64,000 nt of DNA from Rhynchobatus australiae (GCA_034780895.1 JAUZTB010000083.1:1000880-1064879); one strand, 5' to 3'. Positions 11,917 through 24,217 are shown, counted from the stretch's first letter. Numbers and translations: made by a program. The notes: generated by a model from the sequence alone, not told the origin.

Positions 11917-12810
11917 CTGCAAAGATTAAAAAAATAATTAGTTCCAATGGCGTTAATACTGATTTGTTTTACTTGATGGCATGCGGGAAATAAGTTGCAC
12001 CATGCCAGGTGTTTCCCATTCTTCTGATCCTATGCCTGGTCAGGATGGTTGAGAATCCTAGAGTAGAAGCGCAGTGCGTCGGGGCTCCGCCGCTGCACTC
12101 CGACAGGAGGACAACTGCGGACCTGAGAGGCAATTGCACCGGCAACATTCCAGCAGTTTACAGAGGGGTCTCTGAAGTCAACACCATACTTAATGGTGAG
12201 TGACTGATCGCCTCAGTCGTCGAGACATGGTGCAGCAGTGGAGCAGGAAATTTCCAATGCAGCATAGATAACGGTAATATAATAACACAGAGAGGCTGTT
12301 TTTCATGCATCACATATTTGGCAAGAGGAATCACCGATTAAGATCAGAGCTGGCAAAAGGGAAATGGCGGGTGTTCTGTTTCACGACATTGAAGAAGTAT
12401 TTGGAGGGATATTTAAAAAAAAATCCTAATGTTAGAAATTAACAGCATGCAGGAAGTAAAGTTGAAATTTCAATTGAAAGAGCTGCGATGAAGATAAGGA
12501 TTCTTTTCGTCACTGCTCTAAAGTTCCAAACACCTGTACTGAAACAGACTCAGGCATTGAAAAATGTAAACCTGGAAAACCGAGCGAAGCAAAATTCCGG
12601 AATAACGTCACAGTTACCACGGTCTTAATTGATGTCATCGAAAAAGGAACTAGAAATCAAAAACGATCAACAATACATTAAAACAGATATCTGAAGTCAG
12701 AATTATACTGGAAAGTATCATGAGGTGAGGGATTTATGTCGAACTTCCAGAGTGAAGCCAGGACCAGGAAGAGGAAACCATGCAAATTTCAGCCACTTCC
12801 AGCCTCTTAC

Positions 12811-12815
12811 CAGGG
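12811..12815 (-). CDS. Probable last 5 nt of exon 1 of the 10918 GPCR (remainder in gap 12816-13607)
   Basis: Minus strand C CCT G|GTAAGAG at the contig edge matches the Pro-G|GT phase-1 donor seen in all four intact first exons of the cluster. Confidence 0.6.
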
Positions 12816-13607
12816 NNNNNNNNNNNNNNNNNNNNNNNNNNNNNNNNNNNNNNNNNNNNNNNNNNNNNNNNNNNNNNNNNNNNNNNNNNNNNNNNNNNNN
12901 NNNNNNNNNNNNNNNNNNNNNNNNNNNNNNNNNNNNNNNNNNNNNNNNNNNNNNNNNNNNNNNNNNNNNNNNNNNNNNNNNNNNNNNNNNNNNNNNNNNN
13001 NNNNNNNNNNNNNNNNNNNNNNNNNNNNNNNNNNNNNNNNNNNNNNNNNNNNNNNNNNNNNNNNNNNNNNNNNNNNNNNNNNNNNNNNNNNNNNNNNNNN
13101 NNNNNNNNNNNNNNNNNNNNNNNNNNNNNNNNNNNNNNNNNNNNNNNNNNNNNNNNNNNNNNNNNNNNNNNNNNNNNNNNNNNNNNNNNNNNNNNNNNNN
13201 NNNNNNNNNNNNNNNNNNNNNNNNNNNNNNNNNNNNNNNNNNNNNNNNNNNNNNNNNNNNNNNNNNNNNNNNNNNNNNNNNNNNNNNNNNNNNNNNNNNN
13301 NNNNNNNNNNNNNNNNNNNNNNNNNNNNNNNNNNNNNNNNNNNNNNNNNNNNNNNNNNNNNNNNNNNNNNNNNNNNNNNNNNNNNNNNNNNNNNNNNNNN
13401 NNNNNNNNNNNNNNNNNNNNNNNNNNNNNNNNNNNNNNNNNNNNNNNNNNNNNNNNNNNNNNNNNNNNNNNNNNNNNNNNNNNNNNNNNNNNNNNNNNNN
13501 NNNNNNNNNNNNNNNNNNNNNNNNNNNNNNNNNNNNNNNNNNNNNNNNNNNNNNNNNNNNNNNNNNNNNNNNNNNNNNNNNNNNNNNNNNNNNNNNNNNN
13601 NNNNNNN

Positions 13608-13667
13608 GGACCATATGGGAGAGAGTGGTTGGAAGGATCTATCCAACCATTCCTTCCCATATGGTCC
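13608..13667. repeat. 60-nt imperfect inverted repeat (hairpin)
   Basis: GGACCATATGGGA-GAGAG-TGGTTGGA / 8-nt loop / TCCAACCA-TTCCT-TCCCATATGGTCC. Confidence 0.9.
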
Positions 13668-14109
13668 TCCACATACTTCTTCCAGTCATCTGCTGGATAA
13701 AATATCGTACAACATTGTGAGCAGAAGGGCTGTACCGTGCTGTAATATTCTATGTTCTGTGTTCATAACAAGCTGGAAATACAGAGCAAGTCAGGCTGCA
13801 TCTGTGGGAGGAGAAAGAGAGCGTCCATTTCCTATCAAACACCCATCGTCAGAACTGGAGGGGAGAAAATATATATAGAGAGATTTTACCAAAACATCAA
13901 CTCCATTTCCCTTTCCACGCACACGACCTGATCTGTACAGTGTGTTAACATTTCTGATTTATTTTATATATCCACCATATGTTTTATGTCCACTTAATTT
14001 CAGATATAAAGATCGCCCATCTCCTCCGGACTCGAATGGAGAGTTCATTTTCCAAACAGATTAACCGTGACCTCCCTGAATGGTGCAGAAAACCCGAGTG
14101 GCCGAGTGG

Positions 14110-14345
14110 CCTACTCCAGCTCCTCATTCGCATGTCCGTACATTCCAGGTGCCGTCTCAGCAGGGCTCTGTATAATTCCAGTGAGACGTATTTGCTCTGA
14201 TACCTTAACAGTCCCAGCCTCCACTGGGGAACCCGTACTGATCTGCAGATCATCCTCGAAACATTGAAAAAGGATCTCAGGAGGGAGAAGCACTTTCGCC
14301 ACTCGCCGTTAAGAATACTATGGATGAGCACTTTCAAAGTTGCTC
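14110..14345 (-). mobile_element. CR1 LINE fragment, decayed
   Basis: YQSKYVSLELYRALLRRHLEC resembles CR1 ORF2 YKSK.V.LQLY..LVRPHLEYC. Confidence 0.6.
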
Positions 14346-17057
14346 TCTATCGGATGTACATTTGACTTTTCTTGTCCTGCGAATTCCGTTTAACCAGAAC
14401 GTGTGAACAGCTGCCATTTATTCCGAACGCTTGTCATGCTAATACCTTCTCCGCACCCTTATTGTCCACACGCTCACCTTCTCCCGGGCGGGATACTTGA
14501 TTCAAATTGGAGCGCTCAGTCATTTATTTGGGATATCCGCGTTGCTACCAAAACAGAAGTTGTTTCCTATCCCTAATTCCCATTGAGAATTTAAAAGTTA
14601 ACTAATATTCTGAATGATTCACCTCTGGCGGTGAATGGAAAAACATCGATCCAATAACAATGAAGGGTGATCCTTTCCAGTTAAGGGCAATGTTTGCCAC
14701 GCACGGCAACTCGCGGGTGCTGATGCTTCCATGGACTTTCTGCCATTATCCTTGATGGTGGAGGTGCCGCCTGGACGAACATTGAACATGGTAACACTGC
14801 AGATATTATTCACCCATGGTGAGCGAAATCAAAATTTGATGTTGCGCCTATCAAGTGGGCTTCTTTTGTCCTAGGTGGTATCATATTTTCTGCGAGTTGT
14901 TTCAGATTTACCTTCCCAGGTAAGTGTATATTGATCTGTCCTCCTGACTTGTTCCTTGGAGATCATGGAACCCATTTTGGGCATTAAATTGTGAGCTACA
15001 GAGCAAACTTCAGCAACTTTCCCTGCTTCGTACTAACAAGCCATATCGGGCACAATTTGCCAATGTACCTCGGATCCCATGGGCTGAATATTCTTGGTCC
15101 AGGCTCCTATGCATGTGCTTCAGAACGCTGGACATTCCGTGCCGGTTCATTCTGTGATATCAATATCCTTAATTTCAGAGGCCAAGTGCAGTGCTGCGTC
15201 GCTTTTATGGCTCCGGCACTGGGGTTGAAGTTCTGTTAATTGTTCACGGATTTTCATTGTGAAGGTAAACAGTATACAATGGCCAATACAGGAGTGCAAA
15301 TAATTTCAATATGTTACAGATAAACCTCGCACAAAAGACGACCAAAACTTTAAGGACGATATTGGTACAATGTTAATACGTACATATTAATGTTGGTTGC
15401 AGATAAGTAGTTGACAGATATGGCAGGCTTGAGTCATGCGCCCCCAAACACCAGAAACTTAATGACTTTAGCCACATTGCTGCAGCAGTGCACTGGCAAG
15501 TGAAAATGGCAGTGCCTTGGGGAAAGCCTGTTGACATGAAAAAAAAATCCATAAATCTGTCAGCATTTTCTTGTACTATTGTCTACTAATTCGGGTAGCT
15601 TGAAATCGTTTGCATGGGCGTGATCATTTTGAATCTGAATGTTTGGAGAGTTTTAAGTTTCCAGGGAATGTGTGCAGGAGTGCATACAAATCCAAAAGAG
15701 GTACGGTGTTCCAGCGTTTTGAGATCCTGCAAACAGCAGGAAATGAACTGTGATTTCAACAGAGCGGTAAAGAACAGAAAGGATGGTGTATTAAATTATT
15801 TGGTGAAGGAATCCGTTTACTTTTGCCATGTTGCTATTTATTTTAAATTTATGTGCAGTCTTGCTGTGAAATCTTGATGGAAGGAAAATCACAGGAATCC
15901 TGAACCTGTGCCTTCTGAACCTGGCAGGCTCCATGCCAAAGCTACCATGAAAACGAGTCACTGCATCCCAATTATCACGTGTTTTGTTTGATTCATTTGA
16001 GGGTGGTTGTTGGTTTTTGCTTTGGAGACATTGGCACAATTTTTGCCCAGGTAAAAATTTTGTTTGATCACGCTTCATCTTCAGTGGAGCTGAATTATCT
16101 CGTTAGTGTTCAAGACGACTTTTAGAGCCAATGAAATAGGTTTTCACGACAATCTCTCAGGCATTGCGAAAGTGCATCTGACAGATGGATCGCTCTGCTC
16201 CACAAACCAAGATGGAGTCTCTGTACTGTAAATTTCAGTCGCACTTCCTGAAGAGAGAGACTTGTTGGCAATGCTCACAGTGTCAGGGTGTTAACCTGTC
16301 TCTACCGAATAAGTCACACATTTAATTCTGATCGGTTTCACAACTACAACATAGATAGAAATAGACATACTTAATTTTCACTCGAACTTACAATTTAATG
16401 GGGAATGCATTAAACGTATGCAAGTTTCATTGTGTGTTATACTCTGTTCGCCTGACTACAGAGAAAATAAATCTAGTTCTCCTGCTGTTTGATCGACTCT
16501 GCAATTTAGAAAATGATAATTGAATTGCAAATGACATATTAAATGATTTGCTGAAACTGATCTATCCCTCATTATTATTCCAGATTCCCGCACAGTTGAC
16601 AACCCTTTAATCCACTCTCAGCGAGATAGAACTGAACTGGCTTGTCTGCAGTCATCGGCAAGCAATCACCTAAAAGTGTTTATCTTCCTACAACGTCATA
16701 AATATCTCTTGCATTTTATATGGTTTCCCCTCTGTACCTTCTCCAAAGCTATCATACAAAGTGTGATGCTCAGGATTGGAAGTAATACCCCAGCTCAGGC
16801 TAAACTTGTGTTCTATGTATGTTTTGAAAAACATACTCTGTTTCTCTATTTAAGTAGCCCAGGATTTCATTCCTCAGAAATGATGCAGTGGAATGATGAC
16901 TGTTTTGGTCTTTATTGCATTGCATTGAAATTCATTTGTGTTCACAGGTACAGGCCACTCAGTCCTCCAAGTTCAGGCGTGGGGGTCTGGCTACAGGCCT
17001 TGAATTGGTGACTTACAACTCAGTGGGGCTTTTCTACTCTGGGCAACTTGACAGAAC

Positions 17058-17448
17058 CTAGAACATAAAACAGTACAGCACAGGAACAGGCCCTTCAAAC
17101 CATGATGTCTGTGCTGAACACAATGCTGTATTAAAATAAATCTCTTCTGCCTGTACATGATCCATATCCCTCCATTCCCTGCATATTCATATGTCTATCA
17201 AACAGCCTCTTGAACCACTACTGTGTCTGTTTCCAACTCCCTACAGCCCATTCCAGGTACCTACCACTCTGTGTAAAAAAACTCACCCTACACATCTCAT
17301 TTAAACTTTCCCCCCTCTCACCTTACATGTATGTCCTCTAGTGTTTGACATTTATATCCTGGGAAAAAGGTTTTGACTGTCTACCCTTTCTATGCCTCTC
17401 ATAACTTTATAAACTTCTATCAGGTCTCTCCTCAGCCTCTGGTGCTCC
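17058..17448 (-). mobile_element. CR1 LINE 3' end
   Basis: agaacataaaacagtacagcacaggaacaggcccttc tail, with an upstream RLRRDLIEVYKVMRGIERVD-type sequence on minus. Confidence 0.85.
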
Positions 17449-18218
17449 GGCGAAAGTGATATTTGCAGAGAGGACAGCCAAGCTAGAAAATTTTAAAAAT
17501 GGGGAGCAGGATGGGAGCCGGATATTGATGGCCATGGGACACAGACTGAACATTCGGGGGTAGAGGGAGCAGCTTGTGGGGACAAGCAGTTTAGATATGT
17601 ATTTTACTTGCCCGTGGTTTTTCCAGCTCAACATTTTGTGATTCAGATCATGTTAACCAGGAAGTGCCCTATATCAGGTATTGATTGGATCACATTGTCC
17701 AAGATTCACTGCAATGAGCTGGAAGAAGTTTTCCACGAGGTTTGACATCGCTATGCATGTTCCTGATGGGGAAATTATGCTGGAGTCAGAAGGTCGATTG
17801 AGAACGAGAAGTGGGCAGTCATACTTCATAACCGCCACAGTCAGACTTGGAAATAGTTGCAAATATGATTTTCACCTGGTTAAATTGATTTTCAAACACT
17901 TAACTCTAAAAAGAAACGGTATTATGAGGTCGAATTTTGAGGCACATGTTTTATTAACTGTTTTGTTAACAGTTAACTAGTCTTGTTGTTTAATATTGCA
18001 TTGTTTAGCTTCTATTGTATCGCCTTATATTCTTCCCATCAAAATACATTGTCACCCACTTTGCTGTATTGTACTCTGCAATGTACCTGCCCATTTAAAC
18101 AGCCTGTCCATAACCCCTTGAAGTTCATTGGCGCCAGACCAGCTACAATCTTCCTCCCTGTTGATCTCACTTCCAAGTTACCTGAAATGTTTGAAATGTG
18201 CACTGTCACCAAGTGCAG

Positions 18219-18345
18219 GTCAGTAACGGTAGCGTAGTGGTTAGCACAATGCTATTACAGCACCAGCAACCTGGGTTCAATTCCCGCCGCTGCCTGTAAG
18301 GAGTTTGTACGTTCTCCCGTGTCTGCGTGGGTTTCCTCTGGGTGC
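18219..18345 (+). mobile_element. V-SINE/HE1-like SINE 5' part
   Basis: cggtagcgtagtggttagcacaatgct...ggttcaattcccgccgctgcctgtaaggagtttgtacgttctcccgtgtctgcgtgggtttcc, truncated by a gap. Confidence 0.88.
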
Positions 18346-18445
18346 NNNNNNNNNNNNNNNNNNNNNNNNNNNNNNNNNNNNNNNNNNNNNNNNNNNNNNN
18401 NNNNNNNNNNNNNNNNNNNNNNNNNNNNNNNNNNNNNNNNNNNNN

Positions 18446-18740
18446 GTGAATAAGCACACAGGCACACAGACAGCAGTACACACATGTGCACAATATTCAT
18501 GCATGGATACATCGATACATGGACACGCACACTGATGTCGAGAGTCACACATACCCATGGAAATACACCTACCTGTATCTTCACATCAGGCACACATGCA
18601 TACAGGAGCACACATCTATGCAGACAACCATGCATGGACACACAGCTTTACATTCAAATACCCAGCTATACACCTGTGCACACATACACAACTGTATACT
18701 CGTACACAGTCACACACACAGACACACACACTCACACACG
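18446..18740 (+). repeat. Degenerate CA-rich low-complexity tract
   Basis: Imperfect (CA)n/cacatg runs. Confidence 0.8.
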
Positions 18741-18899
18741 ATCACCTTGCACAGTTGTGTAGAAAAAATACACACAAAAGATGGCTGACTGCAATTAAAG
18801 CACTGTGGTTGTTTGACGGGGCCGTGTAGAACGTTTTAAAATGTCAAATACAGTTTTTTATTAATACCTCTGCATGTCTTTAAATAACACAAAAAATAA

Positions 18900-19500
18900 T
18901 CCAAACTCTATGTTCTCAGTGTAAATGATACACTCCAGACCCCCATCCTCCACCTCACCCCCACTCCACCTGGCATTCTGGAGACGTATGAGCACTAGTG
19001 GACTCTTAACATTGAACGGGGGCCAGCGGTTATTAGGGGTGGAATTCCCAATGACCAACTGACGGGAGACGCGAATGGTCACCGTTCCCATGCTTCGGAG
19101 TGGCGCGGACAATGGGGTCCTCTGTTTGGCCGTACATACACCACCTCTGGCTCCTGTACCAGCTGTCCACGGGGTGATCCTTCAAACTTCCGGTATCCTG
19201 TTGTGCAATGGACACAGAATCGCTATGGAACGTTGGGAGTCCGTGGACCTCCCTGAGACCGCTTTGTGCAAAGGATACCTTCGTTCAGTGAATTTCACGA
19301 GGGAATCCCTTACCTTCTGATGGTGAGGGATTCAGCTTGCCACAGTCTGTTTGGGTGGGAGACAATGGCGAGATATCCGAGAGCTGGCATGAACAATCGA
19401 TGCAGGAACCCGCTGCGTAGAATGTGGAACGGCACAGAGTTCATTTGTCAAAAATGACTTGTGCTGCAGCAGTAAACACAATTCCGTCCCAGGTCCTAGA
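18900..19500 (-). mobile_element. Possible heavily decayed Tx1-like ORF2 3' end (second family)
   Basis: Ends GGLECIIYTENI followed by AATAAAAAA; weak motif similarity only. Paralog at about 60230-60900. Confidence 0.4.
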
Positions 19501-19539
19501 AATGATTGCTGTGCCCTGGAAAGGGATTTCACACAGTCA

Positions 19540-19860
19540 GGAAGCACATAATCATGCCCTTCGGCTCACCATGCCCATACTGACCTTCAAATGCAAAAGT
19601 GGTTGTGATCTACCCTCTGTGATCTTCTAATCATACCTCCGACCTTCACTTCCAAATTGTTAACATTATCACAAACAACAAATGTCCCAGCACTAATCCC
19701 TGCAGGTCAGCACTGGTCAGGGACTGCCTATCAGAAAACGTACCTCCACAGCCACCCTCTGGTGACTTTCACCCACCGAAATTGAGATCGAATTTACAAG
19801 CTGGCCTTGGATACCATGTGCCTCAACCACTGGACCAGCTTAACGTGCGATATAGTCAAT
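19540..19860 (-). mobile_element. CR1 RT fragment, decayed
   Basis: The paralog at 60900-61210 translates LFVMYVNNLEVKAGGMI, matching the CR1 RT region just before FADD. Confidence 0.65.
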
Positions 19861-19889
19861 CGCATAAAGGGAGAGGCCGTGCACTCTGG

Positions 19890-21080
19890 CAAATAGCCTG
19901 ACTGATCCTCTACTCCTTTCACAGTCAACACCACCTCAACCCCCGGCCCGGAATACCTGAAGGTGCTGGGGATATAGTTTGGAGGTGCAAGCATCATCTG
20001 GAGTGGGTAGTTAGGGTAAAACTCATACAGGAACGTGGGAAAATCCTTCCCTCTCGATGTTGGGGAAGAACCTGGTCATCAGTGAGACGTGCTCTGGGTG
20101 CCGCTGCATCTGGTGCAGGNNNNNNNNNNNNNNNNNNNNNNNNNNNNNNNNNNNNNNNNNNNNNNNNNNNNNNNNNNNNNNNNNNNNNNNNNNNNNNNNN
20201 NNNNNNNNNNNNNNNNNNNCTCTGGGTGCCGCTGCATCTGGTGCAGGTGTGAACCATTCACCGCTCCTCTTCTGTGGTAATCACCTGATTCATCTAATGG
20301 TTCACCTGGGGATTCAAGGTGGAGAGCATCTGATGGTCACCATGGAAAAGTGACCAGGAAATGGACCTTCATCCCGATAATCGCCTTTGTGGCAGCATCA
20401 GGTGATGTCAAGCCAGTGAATACCAACATCAAGTTTTACTGCGTGCCGAGGTTCTCCCTGTCCCCGGTGTTGTGAAGGCCTGGCCTGTCCTCGTTGCCAT
20501 GAAAGTCTCACTCGGATGCAGTTTGCTGCACTAACTCTACTCAATGGAAATGACCCTGCCGACCACGCTCATTGGGCAGTGTTCAGCAGGGAAAGTCCTG
20601 CAGGGCTGGTGGGAGGAGAACACGGTGGATCCTGTGGGGTTGCTCCCCTGGCGGACTGTACAAACCATTTGCCAGAATGTGCCACAGCTAAAACTGATCA
20701 ACAATCATCAAGACCTCGCTGGGCTGGGAGTTCGAGGCGCTCAAAACTGGTTAGTCTTCCAGTGTCGGGCGGTATTCATGAATGTTTGCTGCCGACTGGC
20801 ACATTCCAGTGTGCAGTGGTACAAGCTGAGGGAGGCACTGAAGGTCGGTGCAGCCACCGTAAAGTCTCCCTGAGGAAGGAGGACAGCATAGGGTCCTTGT
20901 GACACTGGACACTGAGGGGTTGGGTAATGTGTAATAGCTCTCGGAAGCATTGATCCAGGAGGGAACGGGAGTGGTGTTGATGCAGTGTAAGAGAATGCAT
21001 TCAATTGTTCCGCAGAGAAGGACGTGTCTAGCCGTATTTACAGTAAATATTATGAATGTCATGAATACAGAAATTAAATT
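19890..21080 (+). mobile_element. Tx1-like (L1 clade) ORF2 3' region with internal deletion
   Basis: YLKVLGI.FGG; VDPVGLLPWRTVQTICQN...NNHQDLAGLGVR|AQNWLVFQ...CCRLAHSSVQWYKLREALKVGAA, typical of the chondrichthyan Tx1 C-terminus. Confidence 0.8.
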
Positions 21081-21490
21081 TTAGCAGCTGAGGGTCACTC
21101 GTCTTGCAGAATTGCAGAGACATTCTTTGGCATTGTTGAAGAATGAGGCATCACACAAAATATGGGAATCCTGAAATAAGTATGTTTTTACTTTCACTCA
21201 GTGGTGCCGAACTCCAGCTCTGCGCTGGGGTTTCGGAAGCATTCTTTTCCATTGTGAAATCCCTGGCTAAATATAACCGAAGATGTTGCAGCACCGGGTT
21301 GTGCAGAGGAATGAACCGAAAATAACTGTTCAGTCGCTGCAAAAAAATAGAATTGCAGATTCGGAATTGAAATTCGGACAATCTAAATTTGCCAGGGGAG
21401 ATTTCCCCAGACTTGCAGAAGTACCTTCACCAGCCCCAGCAGCATGGGCCGGCCGTCTCCAGGGGTAAGCGTCAAGCAGGAGCTGAAAGG

Positions 21491-21588
21491 ATGGACGTAA
21501 GATGTTGAGCAGAAGGCCTGATAATTGATAGCATTTGGGATATTGAAAGGATTTATTATCCGTTCCCTAAGATCTTGGAGTTGGTGCT
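21491..21588 (+). pseudogene. Decayed GPR139-like exon 1 (cassette E)
   Basis: GLIIDSIWDIERIYYP aligns with LLIFHVILDMQNIYYP. There is a TGA after the ATG and no canonical donor; upstream 21075-21320 is homologous to the promoter of cassettes A-D. Confidence 0.7.
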
Positions 21589-21624
21589 GTGATTATATGT
21601 CTAGTTTATGTCTTGTTCAGGTTC

Positions 21625-21915
21625 GGCTGTGTGGTGCTGTGATAAGCGTAACCCTATTACAGCGCCAGCGACCGTGGTTCAATTCCAGCCACTGCCTGTT
21701 GAGGAGTTACTACTTTCTGCCTGTGTCTGCATCGTTTCCTTCTGGGTGCCCCGGAGTCCTCCCACATTCCAAAGACGTGCGGGTTCGGAAGTTGTAGTCG
21801 CGCTGTGTTGACGCCGGAAGCGTGGCGACACTTGCGGGCTGCCCCCAGAACACTCAATGCAAAAAGATGCATTTCACTGCGATACGATGCAGATGTAAGT
21901 AATAAAGATGTCTTA
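21625..21915 (+). mobile_element. V-SINE with alternative (non-CR1) 3' tail
   Basis: tRNA head and V-domain, then gccggaagcgtggcgacacttgcgggctgcccccagaacact...catttcactg...aataaagatgtctta. Confidence 0.88.
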
Positions 21916-22529
21916 CCCCTTAAATTTGGTAGTTTCTTAACTATGTTCCTAACTATCACATTGTATTTGCGGAGCGTTTTTTATCATGGGTAATTGTATC
22001 CAGCTTTCATGAACAGGATGGTTGTAAGAGAAAGCACATGGTTCTCATCTGACATTATCGACACTGGCCCCCACTGGTCGGAGGACAGTATGGTTCCTCG
22101 GGTCGGAAGTGATACCACTGTCAGTCAATATGCGGCTCGATCCACCCCTCAGATGTTGAGATCAGCTTTTGTCTCTGAACTTGCCTGACCATTGCCTGTG
22201 GAAGGCACTTTTGTCCTTGACCTCCAAACCAATTACCCGTTTCAATCGCTCAGTGAGGCTCCACTCAGCCAGCCAGCACCATGAAAAGGGTTGCAATCGC
22301 TTCGCCCTTCCACTTTGATGATCCCAGGATTAGTGAGACAACGCTGCAGAGATCACTGCTGGGAGTGCATTACTACGTGGTTTGAGAGCGTTTCACTCAG
22401 ATTCTAGGCCGTGTTAGAGCCAATGCTAGNNNNNNNNNNNNNNNNNNNNNNNNNNNNNNNNNNNNNNNNNNNNNNNNNNNNNNNNNNNNNNNNNNNNNNN
22501 NNNNNNNNNNNNNNNNNNNNNNNNNNNNN

Positions 22530-22606
<77 letters not shown>
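22530..22606 (+). repeat. (GT)n microsatellite
   Basis: Near-perfect GT run. Confidence 0.98.
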
Positions 22607-22609
<3 letters not shown>

Positions 22610-24217
22610 AGTTTATCCTAGTTGCGATTCCCCCTCATGTTCGCGGTCTCCTGAGTGCGTGAGTAGGTATCTGGTGCCATCCATTCTGTCGCCGCGTTTG
22701 CCTTTATGATTGAACTGGTATTGATCTCCAAAGCTCGTGTCCAGAGTCATTCATCCTTAATTCCGAAAAGTACCATTTCACAGAACAATGGATATTTATC
22801 CACGCCTTTCCGTAGGCATGTGTCATCATTTAATGAACATTATGAGCAGAATATTCCGCTCTCCCTGTTCGTGAAATGTGCCGTTCTGACCGATTCATGA
22901 GCGATTTCACTCAGAGGGTGGTGAATTTGTGGACCGACCTTCCAGAGGCAGAAACAATTGCAATGTTTAAAGGATCTTGGGACAGATACATGGATAGGGA
23001 ATGTCCAGAAGGCTTTGGGCCAAAGGCGGGCACATGGATCTAGTTTATTTTGCAAGGAGATGGGCCGAAGGGCCTACTTCCATGCGGTATAACCCTGTGA
23101 CAGTTTCTTTTACCGAACAGCTCGTCATGTTCTCTCTCTGCTCCCTCAGCTGACGGTTCGGGCCTGCAATTTGTAGCTCAGCACTTTTCTCACCATGTGG
23201 ATATTAAATATTGACTGAGGTTGTCGGTTAATAAAATCTGGGCGAGAAAGGCCGCACGTCCTTCACATACCTGGACAGATCCTGCTTCACGCAGTTTACA
23301 GACGGGATAGATGGGGAATGGTGCCGTCCGCCCACATCCATTTCGGGGGGAGTGATGAGGAGGTCGCGAGGATTCAAATCTTCCCGTTGCTGGTATCACC
23401 ACACAGAGACGGGGCAGGTCAGAGGAACGCCGAGTCTCGGAGGACTGCATATTCTGGGATCTGTAGCAGCAAACAATCTGCTGCAGGAAGGCATGGAACG
23501 AGACCAACACCACCCCGATAACACACACCTCAAGGCGGAGATCGAGTCGCCAGTTACAACATCCCCGGCTATTCCAGGGTCGTCCGCCGCTTTTCCTTGT
23601 TTTTTGGTAGGAGTGTCCAGCCGTTCGCTACTCAGACAGAGCACACACCAGTGATCTGCGTCCACCTTATATCATTCGCTTTCTTCTGCACGTTAAGAGA
23701 CATTGGATATCGGCTCTGCCTCTGAGTTGTAATCCTCTGCAGTCTATTTCAGGGCGGGGTCAGTGCTGATACTGGTGTGGGCGGACTCAGAAGACAGGGG
23801 ATTGACTTTTGACGACTGTTGTACCAGCTGTTGCTGTGATCAGGGAGCTGGCTGTCTTCAAACAAGAATTTTATTTTNNNNNNNNNNNNNNNNNNNNNNN
23901 NNNNNNNNNNNNNNNNNNNNNNNNNNNNNNNNNNNNNNNNNNNNNNNNNNNNNNNNNNNNNNNNNNNNNNNNNNNNNCTCATGTTTCACCTTTTGGCTTG
24001 CTGAACTGAACTTTAAGAACCATTCCTGGACGTGGAGTTTGGGAATTTGCCACACCCACACGACAAGTTTAGTTAGTTTCAGGGAGTAAATGTTCGGGGT
24101 TTAACATTTTTACTTCTAAGATGCTAACGTTTTTACTTTCATTTTACTTATTATCATGTAGTTATTAATAAAGTACTTTTAACACCTATACTTGTATCGG
24201 TGAGTTTCTGGTAGCAA

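Larger units (their letters stand above)
18740..23877 (+). repeat. Segmental duplicate E (sister-lineage GPR139-like cassette), paralogous to 60100-64000
   Basis: Colinear similarity with 60100-64000, including the same Tx1, CR1 and SINE insertions. Confidence 0.9.

Noticed and set aside
12718-13878. Long ORFs of 279-380 aa in the ORF track
   Set aside because: They consist almost entirely of N-gap translation.
15791-16078. 95-aa minus-strand ORF in non-repeat-looking DNA
   Set aside because: No recognisable domain or convincing splice context.
17700-17770. Minus-strand HSDVKP / ENFF resembling a kinase catalytic loop
   Set aside because: Needs a frameshift, and no DFG, APE or glycine-loop context is visible.
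23978-24215. Possible LTR end (AATAAA...TTAACA)
   Set aside because: Truncated by a gap; no second LTR, PBS/PPT or TSD is visible.
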